In this document: piece by piece, positions 1 to 10,483 of the stretch
How positions within the stretch are numbered: the first letter of the stretch is position 1
How the letters are laid out: every line of letters begins with the position of its first letter
From: Methanoregula sp. UBA471
GTDB lineage: Archaea; Halobacteriota; Methanomicrobia; Methanomicrobiales; Methanospirillaceae
Direction of reading: 5' to 3'
DNA length: 40,000 nt
NCBI GenBank assembly: GCA_002495065.1
Contig: DADT01000031.1
Location: 80,996 to 120,995 of the forward strand
Notes under the pieces: generated by a model
Database searches by the model: none
Told to the model about the DNA's origin: nothing
Seen by the model: only the letters and a program-made list of their open reading frames with translations
Position numbers and translations under genes: made by a program

Positions 1-381
1 GCGATAGCACCGACATCACCCCAGCCTGCAGGTGACTATGAACTTATCCAACAGGGGATTACCGCTGCAGAAACAGAATGCACTGGCGATGTACCCCGCG
101 GTGCATCGACGGATATATGCATCATAAATTCTTCGGATAAGAAAAAGATGAGTGATGCAATCATCCTGAAACTGAAAGAAGAAGAAGACAATTGCCTGGA
201 AGACCTGCCACGGCGTATTGATGCCAGGCTGTGCACCGTGAAAGAAACAGATAAGACCATTGTCGGGAAAAGGGTCGCCCAGATCTATACAACCCACCGG
301 ATGTATGACATGACGGAAAGTATGGATGAGAGTGTCGAACGGGGAATCAGGGCCTCGCTATCTCTTCCCTACAAAATATAA
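1..381 (+). CDS. hypothetical protein, probably 5'-truncated by the window edge
   Basis: Frame 1 is open from base 1 to the stop at 379-381, and track ORF 148..381 is only its ATG-delimited part. No recognisable motif. The competing minus-strand ORFs 16..297 and 36..260 look like shadow frames. Confidence 0.3.
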   Translation, partial: AIAPTSPQPAGDYELIQQGITAAETECTGDVPRGASTDICIINSSDKKKMSDAIILKLKEEEDNCLEDLPRRIDARLCTVKETDKTIVGKRVAQIYTTHRMYDMTESMDESVERGIRASLSLPYKI

Positions 382-585
382 TCTTTAAGGACTGCTTTTG
401 ATAGTCGTTAAGTGAAGAACAGACCGGATATTTTCAGACCTGGTGACGGAGGGGAGATGGGGGATCCTGTCGAACGTCGTTTCAGGAATATTCCGGTATT
501 TATTTTTGGTTTTTATTTCCTTTAAGGGCAATTTCAGCCAAAATTTTTCAAAAAATTATCATAAAATGCTCTGATAAAAATAAGT

Positions 586-598
586 AATTATATATAGT
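586..598 (+). promoter_or_regulatory. TATA-box-like element upstream of ORF 623..901
   Basis: TTATATATA at 588-596 lies in an AT-rich intergenic stretch about 27-35 nt upstream of ATG 623. This spacing is compatible with an archaeal promoter driving a short-leader or leaderless mRNA. Confidence 0.3.
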
Positions 599-622
599 AT
601 TTACCTATTATATTGAAATACC

Positions 623-901
623 ATGTCAGAGGCAGATAGTGCTGATTTCCAAGTTGAAGATATTTCCGAACAGGCCCGTATACGGGAAGTAGACCAGTTA
701 TATGAGCATCTGGATGACAATGTGGCCTTCTTCTCGACGTTACGAGAAGCCGTCACTCTTCTGGGAGGTATGCGGGATCCAACCAGCTCAAAGTTATTTG
801 AAAAAATTGACCGTATATCCCGCGAAGATGCTTACAAATGGAAAAGAAGCGCCGCTCACCGGGCTCTGGCAGATGTTGATAACCACCATCCCAGAATGTA
901 A
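623..901 (+). CDS. hypothetical small acidic protein
   Basis: 92-aa ORF preceded by a TATA-like box. No recognisable domain. Confidence 0.4.
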   Translation: MSEADSADFQVEDISEQARIREVDQLYEHLDDNVAFFSTLREAVTLLGGMRDPTSSKLFEKIDRISREDAYKWKRSAAHRALADVDNHHPRM

Positions 902-948
902 AAACATATTCTGTCGGTAATGTGCCGTCAGCACCGGGGGAACCGGCA

Positions 949-1455
949 CTAGCCCGGGAATTTCCGGAGTTCATGCATAACATTGCCAATACACTTCTCA
1001 AAATCGCCATCTGAACAATCAATCGTTATATCGGCATACTTTTCATACAACGGGACCCTCTGGTTGTACATATCACGGAGGCTCTGGCCTGCAACCAGGA
1101 CAATGCCCCGTGTCCTGATATTATTGAGCCTCCTCACCATTTCCTCACAGGAGATCTTCAGGTACAGGACAACGCCGTCCTTTCTGAGATGTTCCATTGC
1201 CTTCTGACTGAACACCACACTGCCACCCGTGGCAATAACGGCATGGTGAGCGTGAAGCGACAGTATCGTTTTTTCCTCGGTTTCGAGGAACGAATCGGTC
1301 CCCTCATCATCTATAATTTCCTGCAGGAGCCTTCCCGTAGTTTCCTGTGCCACGATGTCGGTATCGACAAAATTCCGTCCCAGGGTTTTTGCAAGGATCA
1401 CTCCCATGGTGCTCTTCCCTGCGCCCGGCATACCGATAATGACGATGTTTTTCAT
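949..1455 (-). CDS. aroK: shikimate kinase, AroK/AroL P-loop type
   Basis: Walker A GMPGAGKST is followed by FVDTD, ATGGSVV and VVLYL, and the C-terminal RVPLYEKYADITID is collinear with bacterial AroK. The start is probably the MKNIVIIG Met at 1455; the track ORF extends to 1515. Confidence 0.75.
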   Translation of the reverse strand: MKNIVIIGMPGAGKSTMGVILAKTLGRNFVDTDIVAQETTGRLLQEIIDDEGTDSFLETEEKTILSLHAHHAVIATGGSVVFSQKAMEHLRKDGVVLYLKISCEEMVRRLNNIRTRGIVLVAGQSLRDMYNQRVPLYEKYADITIDCSDGDFEKCIGNVMHELRKFPG

Positions 1456-1598
1456 GGGGTTTTTGCATTCTCCGGGATCATATTCAATCATTGGTTGACC
1501 CATGAGTATTTCCACCAGTACCTGTCAAAGGCACCGCTCATGAGCATATTCACCCGTTGATCGTCTTTCTTTGTGGCATGTGAGAATCAGATTACCTT

Positions 1599-2042
1599 TT
1601 ATTTTTTTAGTCCCTGAGCAAATGCCCGTGCTGCTGCCAGGTCGTTCCCGTCAGGCCTTCCCTTGTTGATTCCCCCGAAGAGCTTCAGGGGGCCGACCGT
1701 ATCCCATCCCCTGCAGAAGAATTCATCCACAACCGAAAATCCCTTGGTGACCAGCTTGTCCTTCAGGGCAGCGTGATGTATCTTCCCGTCGCCACAGGTA
1801 GAGAAAATAAATGCCCGTTTTTGTGTCACTGGCTGCAGCGTCTCCACGAACCGGAGGAGCGTCTTGTGGTGTTTCCCGAAATAGATCCCGGACCCGAACC
1901 CGACCAGGTCATATGACGCGGGCAGGCCGGGTTGTGCCTCCATGATCGGGACAAGGTCTGCGTTCAGCTCTTCTGCTATCACCTTTGCCACTTTCTCGGT
2001 GTTCTGGTGATGGACCGAGGTAAAGATAATCAGTGTTTTCAT
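1599..2042 (-). CDS. flavodoxin-family protein (paralog 1)
   Basis: [33 protein letters not shown] and GGINKGRP motifs are shared with the paralog at 2819..3349. The start is taken at the Met at 2042; the track ORF extends to 2144. Confidence 0.7.
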   Translation of the reverse strand: MKTLIIFTSVHHQNTEKVAKVIAEELNADLVPIMEAQPGLPASYDLVGFGSGIYFGKHHKTLLRFVETLQPVTQKRAFIFSTCGDGKIHHAALKDKLVTKGFSVVDEFFCRGWDTVGPLKLFGGINKGRPDGNDLAAARAFAQGLKK

Positions 2043-2207
2043 GGGTTGCCCATCCTTGTATAAAACAGACAACCCGGCTTTATATGTTCTTTCTCCGGTA
2101 ATCATGGTCCTGACTGAGCACCGTGAACGAGATCTGAACGGCAATCCTGCTCATCTCCCCTTTATTTTCCGATCACTGCTGTCTGTTCTACGTGCAGGGA
2201 TAATCTC

Positions 2208-2720
2208 ATGTCATCACGGGTACTAGTGAAATACATGGACAGGATTACCCTTCGATCGGTTGTACTGGCAGCAGTATGTATCCTCATACCCCTGGTTTCA
2301 GGAGCCGTTATCGGCGTCCTCACGATGTCCGGAGTGACTGACTGGTATACAACGCTCAACAAACCCTGGTTCACACCGCCTGATTACGTGTTCGGTCCGG
2401 TCTGGACTGTTCTCTACATCCTGATGGGGATATCCCTCTACCTTGTCGTGATCCAGGGATGGGAAAACGAAACGGTGAAGACCGGAATTATCCTGTTTGC
2501 CGCCCAGCTGGGGGCAAACCTCCTGTGGTCGGTAATCTTCTTCGGCCTGCATTCACCCCTGGGCGCCCTCGCGTGTATATTCATTCTGCTTGCCCTCATC
2601 GTTGCGACCATCATCACCTTTTACCGGCTGTCAAAACCTGCTGCCGTTCTTCTCGTCCCCTATCTTGCCTGGGTCTGCATCGCCACTGCATTAAATGCCG
2701 GGGTTGTTCTCCTGAACTAA
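2208..2720 (+). CDS. tspO: TspO/MBR family tryptophan-rich sensory membrane protein
   Basis: WYTTLNKPWFTPP, FGPVWTVLYILMG and ANLLWSVIFFG motifs, with five predicted hydrophobic helices. Confidence 0.85.
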   Translation: MSSRVLVKYMDRITLRSVVLAAVCILIPLVSGAVIGVLTMSGVTDWYTTLNKPWFTPPDYVFGPVWTVLYILMGISLYLVVIQGWENETVKTGIILFAAQLGANLLWSVIFFGLHSPLGALACIFILLALIVATIITFYRLSKPAAVLLVPYLAWVCIATALNAGVVLLN

Positions 2721-2818
2721 CGACAACCTAAAATAAAATTTTAACCTTTGTCAGGTACCCTGATATTTTCCCGGGAAGGCAACTCGTTATCCAAAAAACC
2801 TCCTTTCGTGACAGCCAA

Positions 2819-3349
2819 TCAGCCCCGGGCTTTCTCCTTCACGCTCCGGGCAAACTCTTCTGCATTCCTGAGGTCTTCGGCATTGGGCCTGCCCTTGTTC
2901 AGACCCCCGAAGAACCGGAGAAAACTGTTCGTGTTCCACCCTGCACACCCGAATTCGCCGATGATTGTATACCCTTTCGCCTGGAGCTTTTTCCGGATTT
3001 GCGAATGGTTATTCTTGACAAAATTCCCGCCCGCAAAAACGGCCGGTGCCCCGTAGGTCGAGAAGAGGAAGGCGTTCTTTCCTGCAGCGTTCGGCAGCCG
3101 TTCGGCAAGGTCAAGGACTGAGGGGTCGAATGTTGCGCTGTAGATCCCCGAGCCAAAGCCGACCAGGTCGTACTCCGCGATCTCTTCGGGCCTGACCTGC
3201 TGCGGGGTTTTGACCTCCGCACCAAGCACCTTTGCACAGGCATTCGCGATCCGCTCTGTATTGTTATGATGGTAAGAGAACACGACCACGAGAGATTTCA
3301 CCTGTGGCGATTCTTTGAGATTATCTTCATTCTTTTTCATTTTTTTCAC
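2819..3349 (-). CDS. flavodoxin-family protein (paralog 2)
   Basis: [29 protein letters not shown] and GGLNKGRP motifs. Its start overlaps the stop of the upstream oxidoreductase gene by 4 nt, suggesting an operon. Confidence 0.7.
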   Translation of the reverse strand: MKKMKKNEDNLKESPQVKSLVVVFSYHHNNTERIANACAKVLGAEVKTPQQVRPEEIAEYDLVGFGSGIYSATFDPSVLDLAERLPNAAGKNAFLFSTYGAPAVFAGGNFVKNNHSQIRKKLQAKGYTIIGEFGCAGWNTNSFLRFFGGLNKGRPNAEDLRNAEEFARSVKEKARG

Positions 3350-4284
3350 CGTTCCTTTTCAACCTGTCCCAAGGTTATCACAACATTTCCTTTCTTGTGC
3401 CCCTGTTCAACATACCGGTGAGCATCGACGATCTGTTCAAGCGGATAGCACCGGTCGATGACCGGTTTTATCTTCCCTGCCTCGACAAGCTCTTTTAAGA
3501 GGACCAGGTCTTCAGTACTCTCTCCTGCATGCCCCTTCATGACCGATATGAAGATCCCGTTCGGAGCCAGGGCCTTCCTGCACCGGGATTCTGAGGTTTT
3601 TCCGACGGCATCAAAGATGATATCATACCGCTCGTTTCTTTCCGTGAAATCCTCTTTTGTGTAATCGATGACGCTCCGTGCTCCCAGGGATTTCACCAGG
3701 TCCATGTTTGTGGTACTGCAGACCCCGGTAACTTCTGCCCCAAAGTACCGGGCAAGCTGTACCGCCGAAGTCCCTACCGAGCCGGAAGCTCCATAGATCA
3801 GCACGTTCTGTCCCTTCCGGATCTTTCCTTTCCTGAGAAAATACAAGGCAGTACTGCCCCCAAAAGGAACGGCTGCTGCTTCCTCGTACGTTACATTGGC
3901 CGGCATTTTCGTGATCGCCGCGTTTTGAGGGAGGCATGTGTATTCAGCATACGCCCCAAACCGCATCACGGTATCGCCAAAAACCTGGTCACCTTTTTTG
4001 AATCGCTTCACATCCCTGCCGACAGATTCAACCTCTCCCGCCAGCATTAAACCCGGGATGGGCTTTCTCGGCCGGGTAATACCCAGGGCCAGTCGCATCG
4101 CCAGCCGTGTCAGGATCGAGAAGTGTGCAGGAATAGTGAAACCCCGGCACCTGCAGTCCCCTGAGGTTACTGCTGTCGCATGGATTTTTATCAGGACTTC
4201 ATTGTTCCGGGGAACTGGTTTTTCCACCTCTCTCAGCTGAAGAACCTCAGGCGGCCCGTATTCTGTGCATACAACTGCTTTCAT
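3346..4284 (-). CDS. NAD(P)-dependent MDR-family (zinc-type alcohol dehydrogenase/quinone oxidoreductase-like) oxidoreductase
   Basis: N-terminal GroES-like region ([17 protein letters not shown]) and a Rossmann motif [16 protein letters not shown], at a typical length of 312 aa. Confidence 0.85.
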   Translation of the reverse strand: MKAVVCTEYGPPEVLQLREVEKPVPRNNEVLIKIHATAVTSGDCRCRGFTIPAHFSILTRLAMRLALGITRPRKPIPGLMLAGEVESVGRDVKRFKKGDQVFGDTVMRFGAYAEYTCLPQNAAITKMPANVTYEEAAAVPFGGSTALYFLRKGKIRKGQNVLIYGASGSVGTSAVQLARYFGAEVTGVCSTTNMDLVKSLGARSVIDYTKEDFTERNERYDIIFDAVGKTSESRCRKALAPNGIFISVMKGHAGESTEDLVLLKELVEAGKIKPVIDRCYPLEQIVDAHRYVEQGHKKGNVVITLGQVEKER

Positions 4285-4343
4285 CTGTATTCCTCTGATG
4301 AGACCCGGCCGTTTTGATACGTACGTTTTTAGAAATCCCTTTC

Positions 4344-4769
4344 TTATCGGTAATACAACCCGGCAAGTTTCATTTGTTTCGTGAAGGAGATCGTGAAGGT
4401 AAAGGTCTTAATCTCATATTTTGCCCTCGCAACAACCACGGCAAATTCTTCCCCGCTTGATGCATCCGTCGTTCCTGCCACGCTCATATCTTCAATTTTT
4501 TCAAACTGACCACCTTCGCCGATTGCTTCGTATACCTGTTTCAGCACATCATCGGTCAGTGCCTCCCTCATCCGTACGGTGCAGAGGTCCCTGATGCCTT
4601 CTGAATCCTGATCGTTAATCAGGGTGATAACATTTCCTGCGGCGTTTCTGACCTCCTCTTCATTAAAATCGCCTGATAATTGCTGGCCAACACACCCGGC
4701 CAGCAGTGCAAAGCACAGTACAGCCGCAAGAGCTGAAATGCTCAATATTTTACATCCTGGTTTCTTCAT
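4344..4769 (-). CDS. lipoprotein, DUF3887-like
   Basis: Signal peptide with lipobox (LLAGC). The mature part resembles the DUF3887 pattern as I remember it. Confidence 0.5.
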   Translation of the reverse strand: MKKPGCKILSISALAAVLCFALLAGCVGQQLSGDFNEEEVRNAAGNVITLINDQDSEGIRDLCTVRMREALTDDVLKQVYEAIGEGGQFEKIEDMSVAGTTDASSGEEFAVVVARAKYEIKTFTFTISFTKQMKLAGLYYR

Positions 4770-5367
4770 TGCTGGTCCTCCCTGAGATATAATATTTTTT
4801 TGAATGATATGAATACCCCATCATCACTACAACCACCACGGCTAATGCCCCCTCAATCAATAACACCGAATCAGGGAATGGCGATAGCACGGGGATCAGG
4901 GAATTTACCGATCCGTGGATTGTTATGGCCAATACCAGGTATAAAGCTCTCTGATTCCTCTGAAACCCGTTCCAGACAACAACGGTTAACGTCACATGCA
5001 GGATAATTGCCAGGACACGTTCGAGAGTTGCCAGACCGAGCTGTGAAACAGAGACCACCATGATCGCCGGAACCAGGAGCATCAGCGCTTCAGCGATACC
5101 GTGCCCCAGGCCAAAAATAACCGGTTGTGAGAATTCACACTCTGCTGGTTGTAGTAAGACCTGCTTGAACAAAAAACGAAAACCTTCCTCAAAAACGCCT
5201 GCCGAGAATGCTATGATAATACCAATCAATAAAGGATTCAGGGTATATGCCAGTATGAAATCCGTTGACTGCTGAAGATATTGCAGCATCGGCAGTCGCA
5301 GCAGCGGCTGTGAAATGATAAAACAGGCTGATCCCAGGAAAAACCAGAGAATTCTTTTCCCGTTCAA
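4750..5367 (-). CDS. polytopic membrane protein, YhfC/CPBP-like intramembrane protease family
   Basis: Multiple transmembrane segments, an FEEGFRF (EExxR-type) motif and later GHG/HG motifs. The start is TTG at 5365-5367, so the 5' end is uncertain. Confidence 0.5.
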   Translation of the reverse strand: MNGKRILWFFLGSACFIISQPLLRLPMLQYLQQSTDFILAYTLNPLLIGIIIAFSAGVFEEGFRFLFKQVLLQPAECEFSQPVIFGLGHGIAEALMLLVPAIMVVSVSQLGLATLERVLAIILHVTLTVVVWNGFQRNQRALYLVLAITIHGSVNSLIPVLSPFPDSVLLIEGALAVVVVVMMGYSYHSKKYYISGRTSNEETRM

Positions 5368-5614
5368 GGTATCACAGCCATCTCTTCTTACCCTGATGCA
5401 GATATATCATGATATTCCCTTTTTCATCGTCTTTTCTTAAACCATGGTAACGACGCATCATCTCTGCGAGTCTGGTTTTTCGACAGATACTGAACACTCT
5501 GGAAACTATCAGGACCTGAAAGAAAAAAGGTTTCACCGATATATAATTCATGACCTGTTCACGGATTAAGGGATATACGGCGGGATCACCGTTTCATGAC
5601 AAAAAGACGTATCA

Positions 5615-5950
5615 CTAAGAGATATTTTTCAGCAGCAGCAACTGCTGGGGAATCCGGATTTTACTAGTCTTATAGAGCATTGCAGCATCGGTCCGGAAAT
5701 AGGCATGGATGAGAATATCCCTCATTCCTGCCATGTCCCGCCATGCAATTTCCGGGTGGGCATCCCTGATCTCTGCGGGTATCTTTTTTGCTGCTTCTCC
5801 GATAACTATCAGTTTATCCCGGACAGCACTGATAGTCTTTTCATCAGAACAAAATTCCTCGAACGATAAACCTGCTGTAAACGATTCAATCTTCTCCATC
5901 GCATCGATAATATCGTCCAGGTAGATCCGGAAATTTCTCATACGTAACAC
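5615..5950 (-). CDS. hepT: HepT-type HEPN (DUF86) toxin
   Basis: R-x4-H-x-Y HEPN motif in MRDILIHAY. The gene overlaps the upstream nucleotidyltransferase gene by 13 nt. Confidence 0.85.
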   Translation of the reverse strand: MLRMRNFRIYLDDIIDAMEKIESFTAGLSFEEFCSDEKTISAVRDKLIVIGEAAKKIPAEIRDAHPEIAWRDMAGMRDILIHAYFRTDAAMLYKTSKIRIPQQLLLLKNIS

Positions 5951-6231
5951 ACATCGGCATGTACTGACTGCCTCAGTTCGTCACGGAGCGCACGTTCCGG
6001 TACAATATCAACGCGGTGGCCAAGCCGGTCTTCCAGGAAGTACTTTAGCTCGATAAGATCGAAAAGATCTGCATCTTCAGAGAAATCCACAAGAAGATCG
6101 ATATCGCTGTCCGGGCGCTGCTCCTGCCGTGCGTAGGATCCAAAGAGCCCGATTCTCCGGACTTTGAAGGTGCTCCTGAGTTCGGGGTTCAGGTAGGCAA
6201 GTGTCTTTAGAATCTCTTCCCGCGATCTCAA
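5938..6231 (-). CDS. mntA: MntA-type minimal nucleotidyltransferase antitoxin
   Basis: [10 protein letters not shown]...[10 protein letters not shown] (GS-x10-DxD) motif at 97 aa, paired with the DUF86 gene. Confidence 0.85.
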   Translation of the reverse strand: MRSREEILKTLAYLNPELRSTFKVRRIGLFGSYARQEQRPDSDIDLLVDFSEDADLFDLIELKYFLEDRLGHRVDIVPERALRDELRQSVHADVCYV

Positions 6232-6363
6232 AGGTGCTCTCTCCTATGTTACCTTCTTTTTGTTTTTTGTGTGAGATGAGATAAGGGTATGCACCCAAGA
6301 ATATCTGGCTCTATTTTTTGGTGCAATTTTACTTACCAGGAAAATATGAGGTTTTGACGATGG

Positions 6364-6415
6364 GGGTTTAACGCTCAACGGGGCTCCGCCCCAGCCGCGT
6401 GGGCTTCCCCGGGAT
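6364..6415 (+). repeat. dispersed ~55-bp GC-rich repeat, copy A
   Basis: GGGGTTTAACGCTCAACGGGGCTCCGCCCCAGCCGCGTGGGCTTCCCCGGG. Similar copies occur at 15044, 17028 and 20965, all in the same orientation. Confidence 0.7.
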
Positions 6416-6568
6416 GCATACCGGGCCGTCAGAGCCTGTGTGTGTTTTCCTGAAATGTTGTTCAGATCACGGGTAACTCCGTAATCTCAAAATCTGTTAC
6501 AAAATCTGATACGAAGGAAAGATTTTATAAAATATCCCGGATAAGCCCAGACAGGACATAGGAATACC

Positions 6569-7282
6569 ATGCAGCAGATTACCGGCAGTAAAAAATTCCA
6601 GAACGGGATCCAGGTGTTCTGGACCGATAAGGGAACCGACCTCAATGATTTCTTCTATTACGAAGATCTTATCGACCAGAAGATCAATGCCTTTGATCTC
6701 CTGAATAACCCGAGGATTTACCAGATGAATGCGGCCAGCCACAAAATTGAATCGCTGGTTGCCGGGTGCAGTTTTGCGACAAAGACCTGCGAGGACGAGA
6801 TCGTCATCACCCGCTTCTTCGATGCCCCGCGGGAGCTTGCCTGGAGGGCGTGGACCGAGCCTGCACTCGTCAGGGAATGGCTGGGGCCAAAAAACTATAC
6901 CTCCCCTTCAGTCACCATTGACCTGCGGGTCGGTGGAAAGTACCTCTATTGTATGCGATCCCCCGGGGGTCGTGACATCTGGAGTACCGGTGTATACCAT
7001 GAAATTGTCCGGCCGGAGCGGATTGTCGCCACGGACAGTTTTGCCGATGAAAAGGGCAACGTGGTCCCGGCAACGTATTATGGCATGAGCAGCGACTTCC
7101 CCGCAGAGCTGCTTGTCACCGTTACCTTCGATGTCCAGGCAACCAGGACAAAGCTCACCCTGCGGCATACCGGAATTCCCCCAGGCGACCTCAGCGATGC
7201 AACGAGGGCCGGGTGGAATGAGTCCCTCGACAAGTATGCCGGCGTCCTCGCCGTGAACCTGTTCAAGGAAAAGAAAAAATAG
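6569..7282 (+). CDS. SRPBCC/AHSA1 (activator of Hsp90 ATPase homolog 1-like) domain protein
   Basis: IVITRFFDAPRELAWRAWTEPALVREWLGP and the C-terminal GWNESLDKYA pattern. The true start may be the Met at 6725. Confidence 0.75.
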   Translation: MQQITGSKKFQNGIQVFWTDKGTDLNDFFYYEDLIDQKINAFDLLNNPRIYQMNAASHKIESLVAGCSFATKTCEDEIVITRFFDAPRELAWRAWTEPALVREWLGPKNYTSPSVTIDLRVGGKYLYCMRSPGGRDIWSTGVYHEIVRPERIVATDSFADEKGNVVPATYYGMSSDFPAELLVTVTFDVQATRTKLTLRHTGIPPGDLSDATRAGWNESLDKYAGVLAVNLFKEKKK

Positions 7283-7591
7283 CTGCAGTCAATCCGGGCT
7301 TGCTATGGGCTCCGATCAGGGTAAAAGGAGCCCTGTACGTGCTCCATTTTTCGATATCCTCAAACCGGGCGTATTTTGCCAAACGGACGATTTTATAGTA
7401 CCCCCAAAGCTGGGTGAGATTTTCCTTTCCTGGAAAAACCGCTCCTTAAGGGCGGGTCATGTCCGGATGTGCTGTCGGATGACCAGCAAGTGGCTTTTAA
7501 CGATGTGCTGAATAAAATCTTAAAGGGGCCGGATTGGCAAACGGGAGGTGTATTTGGCGGGAATTATCGACGGAGAACATGATTACGACGG
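7154..7591 (+). repeat. 438-bp direct repeat, copy 1 (3' end of the SRPBCC gene plus downstream sequence)
   Basis: Aligns by eye along its whole length with 16589..17026, with scattered substitutions and small indels. Confidence 0.85.
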
Positions 7592-7941
7592 CGGGGCAAA
7601 TCCGGTCCGGTTTTTCTGAATGTGAGGACAATTGAGACGGGTACGCCGCCAAGGGTGTATTGGTTCTGTCTCATCGAAATGCCCCGAATATTTTCCGCAA
7701 AGGAGATTTGAGCGGATCCAATAGATTTGGATGAAATCTGGTCTAAACTTGTTGAAAAAAGCGGTAAGAAAAAAATCAATAATTGCCAACTTCGAACAAT
7801 GGATCTTTCATGGTTGCCCTTATTAACGGCTGCCGGGATTGCACGGTGAAATCAGGACGGTATTACCTGCTGAAAGGAAAGACCCCTCGGGGAAATGAAT
7901 AGGAGCGTTTCATAAACAATCGCACGCAAAATATTCGGGTC

Positions 7942-9462
7942 ATGCAAAAAGCGATCGGGATCATCGGCGGGTTACTTGTTTTTGTTCTTATTGCCCTCCT
8001 CCCGCTGGACCCTGTCACCATCCCCTACCCGGCACAACTCACCGCAGCGGTGACCGGGCTGATGGTGATATGGTGGGTCACGGAAGCCATCCCGATCTAT
8101 GCCACGGCACTGGTACCCCTCGTTGTACTCCCTCTTCTCGGGATCCTGTCTCCCACAGCAGCGGCGGTCTCGTACGGAAACGAGACGGTGTTCCTGTTCA
8201 TGGGCGGGTTCTTTATTGCCGCGGCCCTGGTGCGGTGGAACCTCCACCGCCGGATTGCACTCAGTGTGATCGTCCTTGCCGGATCCGAAACAAGGAAACT
8301 GGTGCTGGGGTTCATGGTTGCCACGGCGTTCCTTTCCATGTGGATCTCGAACACCGCCAGCGCAATGATGATGATCCCCATCGCACTTGCCCTTGTTTCG
8401 ACGCTTATGCCCGGCGAGAAGACGGATACAAAAGGGGAAGAGGAAGGCAGGCGCCAGTTTGCCACCTGTCTCCTGCTCGGGGTCTGCTATGCGGCAACCA
8501 TCGGGGGAATGGGGACGCTTATCGGCACACCGCCCAATGCAATCCTGGTCGCCCAGAGCTCGGGAATTTTCCCCATGGCACCCGGCATCGATTTCTTCTC
8601 GTGGATGACCTTTGCCGTGCCGTTCATGGCACTCTTCCTGCTCATCGCCTGGTTCTGGCTCACGTATGTCACCAACCGGCATATGCCGGAGGTGATATCG
8701 GGGACCAGGGATATGATCGGGGACGAGCTGAAGAAACTCGGCCCGCTTACGACAGCAGAGAAATGGACACTCCTGGTATTCCTTTTTGTTGCGATTGCCT
8801 GGATTATCAGGACGCCCAAGGTGATCGGACCTCTTGTCATTCCGGGAATTACCACGTATATTCCGGGTGTCACCGATGCCTCCATTGCCATCGGCGGTGC
8901 CCTGGTCCTGTTCATGCTCCCCGTGGATGCAAAGAAAGGGATCTACACCCTGAACTGGGAATCAGCAAAATCGATACCCTGGGGGATCCTCATCCTGTTC
9001 GGCGGAGGCATCTGTCTTTCCGAAGGGATCATCAGAAGTGGTCTTGCTGAGATCATCGCCGGTTCATTCATCCTCCTTGCCGTGCTCCCGCTGTTCGTGA
9101 TCATTCTCCTGATGACCCTCTTTATCACCTTCCTCAGTGAGGTGGTTTCCAACACGGCGATGGCCTCGATCATGATCCCGCTGATGGCAATCACCTCGGT
9201 ATCGATGGGGATCAACCCGCTGATGCTCATGGTGCCGGCAGCAATGGCCTCGTCCTTAGGTTTCATGCTCCCCGTAGGAACCCCGCCCAACGCCATCGCC
9301 TACGGGACCGGGTGCATCCCGACAAAAGAGATGGCAAGGGCAGGTTTTGCCCTCAATATCATCGGCTGCATCCTGATCACCCTCTTTATGACGTTCGTTA
9401 TCCCGGCAGCACTCGGGATTTCACCGGAGCTTCCGGCATGGGCGGTTATACCCGGGGTGTGA
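7942..9462 (+). CDS. DASS/SLC13-family anion:sodium symporter
   Basis: 506-aa polytopic protein carrying the two hairpin motifs IGTPPNAILVA and VGTPPNAIAYG. Confidence 0.9.
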   Translation: MQKAIGIIGGLLVFVLIALLPLDPVTIPYPAQLTAAVTGLMVIWWVTEAIPIYATALVPLVVLPLLGILSPTAAAVSYGNETVFLFMGGFFIAAALVRWNLHRRIALSVIVLAGSETRKLVLGFMVATAFLSMWISNTASAMMMIPIALALVSTLMPGEKTDTKGEEEGRRQFATCLLLGVCYAATIGGMGTLIGTPPNAILVAQSSGIFPMAPGIDFFSWMTFAVPFMALFLLIAWFWLTYVTNRHMPEVISGTRDMIGDELKKLGPLTTAEKWTLLVFLFVAIAWIIRTPKVIGPLVIPGITTYIPGVTDASIAIGGALVLFMLPVDAKKGIYTLNWESAKSIPWGILILFGGGICLSEGIIRSGLAEIIAGSFILLAVLPLFVIILLMTLFITFLSEVVSNTAMASIMIPLMAITSVSMGINPLMLMVPAAMASSLGFMLPVGTPPNAIAYGTGCIPTKEMARAGFALNIIGCILITLFMTFVIPAALGISPELPAWAVIPGV

Positions 9463-9572
9463 GCACCGGGGAGGGTTTTGCAGGTGGGGAAAGGAGAGAA
9501 AACGGCAGACCTCTGCTGGGTCTCCCGGACCACGGACAATGCCGCATAATCACAGGACCTGCAGGGCAATTC

Positions 9573-10070
9573 TCATATCTCCACAATCTCGGCCGATCGC
9601 TTCACCGTATCGACAAGTGCCACGGTGCTCCTGCCGGTCAGGTGCCCGTACACCTCGCCGGGGTTCACGATCAACAGGGTCCCGGCCTTCCTGACCTCCG
9701 GGCGGTGGGTATGCCCGTACACCAGCAGGTCGAGAGAACCGCAGGCCGCAAGCGTCTCCAGCAGTTCCCGGTCATTGCCGTGGAGGAGTGCTATCCTCAT
9801 CCCTCCCGCATCGATCCGGGCAAACGTGCCTTCGATCTTCATGGAGGGGAGCCCTGCAGATTTCCTTTCGAGAAGGTGCCGGTCCCCGTCATTGTTCCCG
9901 AACACTCCTGTCAGGGGTGCCCTCAGTTCTTTCAGGGTGTCGATCATGAAGGGGGATACGAAATCCCCCGCGTGCAGCACCAGTTCAACACCCTCGCGGT
10001 TGAACCGTGATACAGCTTTTTTTGTCTGCACACTATCATCGTGGGTATCCGACATAACGCCAACCAGCAT
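9573..10070 (-). CDS. MJ0936/YfcE-family metallophosphoesterase
   Basis: MSDTHDD, HAGDF, GNNDGD and YGHTH motifs. The start is taken at MLVGVMSD (10070); the track ORF extends to 10172. Confidence 0.85.
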   Translation of the reverse strand: MLVGVMSDTHDDSVQTKKAVSRFNREGVELVLHAGDFVSPFMIDTLKELRAPLTGVFGNNDGDRHLLERKSAGLPSMKIEGTFARIDAGGMRIALLHGNDRELLETLAACGSLDLLVYGHTHRPEVRKAGTLLIVNPGEVYGHLTGRSTVALVDTVKRSAEIVEI

Positions 10071-10164
10071 TCCGTCCACCACGATTCCTTCGTCCGGCAG
10101 CCTGATAATTATTTCCGGCACAACAAGTGTGCATTGAAAAAAATTCCCTGCATGGTTACAAGGG

Positions 10165-10365
10165 TTAATCAAAAGCGATAAGAACCGATTTCAGGGTTGC
10201 TGCCGGCACCCGCTTTGATATGTGCAGAATTTCAATACCGACAAGATTGTTTTTGTCATCATAATCGAGGATTATCCCGGGTTTCACTTCCCCGGTATCC
10301 TTGATCATCTTATCGGAAAGGCGCATATACAGGGCATCGGCTTCCGGGTCAATGGTCACTTTCAT
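10165..10365 (-). CDS. DUF2283 domain protein
   Basis: 66 aa with the pattern DPEADALYMRL...LVGIEIL typical of DUF2283. Confidence 0.7.
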   Translation of the reverse strand: MKVTIDPEADALYMRLSDKMIKDTGEVKPGIILDYDDKNNLVGIEILHISKRVPAATLKSVLIAFD

Positions 10366-10483
10366 AGTTGTACCCTCCTGTCAAAGAATACAGTATTGAC
10401 ACGGTCAGGATCCGTACTTGGATTGATAATCACCCGCAGCACGTTTCCCCGTTTCTGCGGGATCTTTTCAGGCAATGGAAGGG

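Noticed and set aside
7972-9050. Long alternative-frame ORFs (236 aa on the minus strand, 326 aa on the plus strand, and others) inside the DASS transporter gene.
   Set aside because: Their translations are Arg/Gly/Pro/His-rich and low in complexity with no motifs. They are fully nested in a gene with clear transporter motifs, which is typical of shadow ORFs in G+C-rich DNA.
9312-10137. Plus-strand ORFs of 232 aa and 170 aa that overlap the end of the transporter gene and lie antisense to the phosphodiesterase gene.
   Set aside because: These are shadow frames. The minus-strand frame has the complete DxH/GD/GNHD/GHxH metallophosphoesterase motif set.
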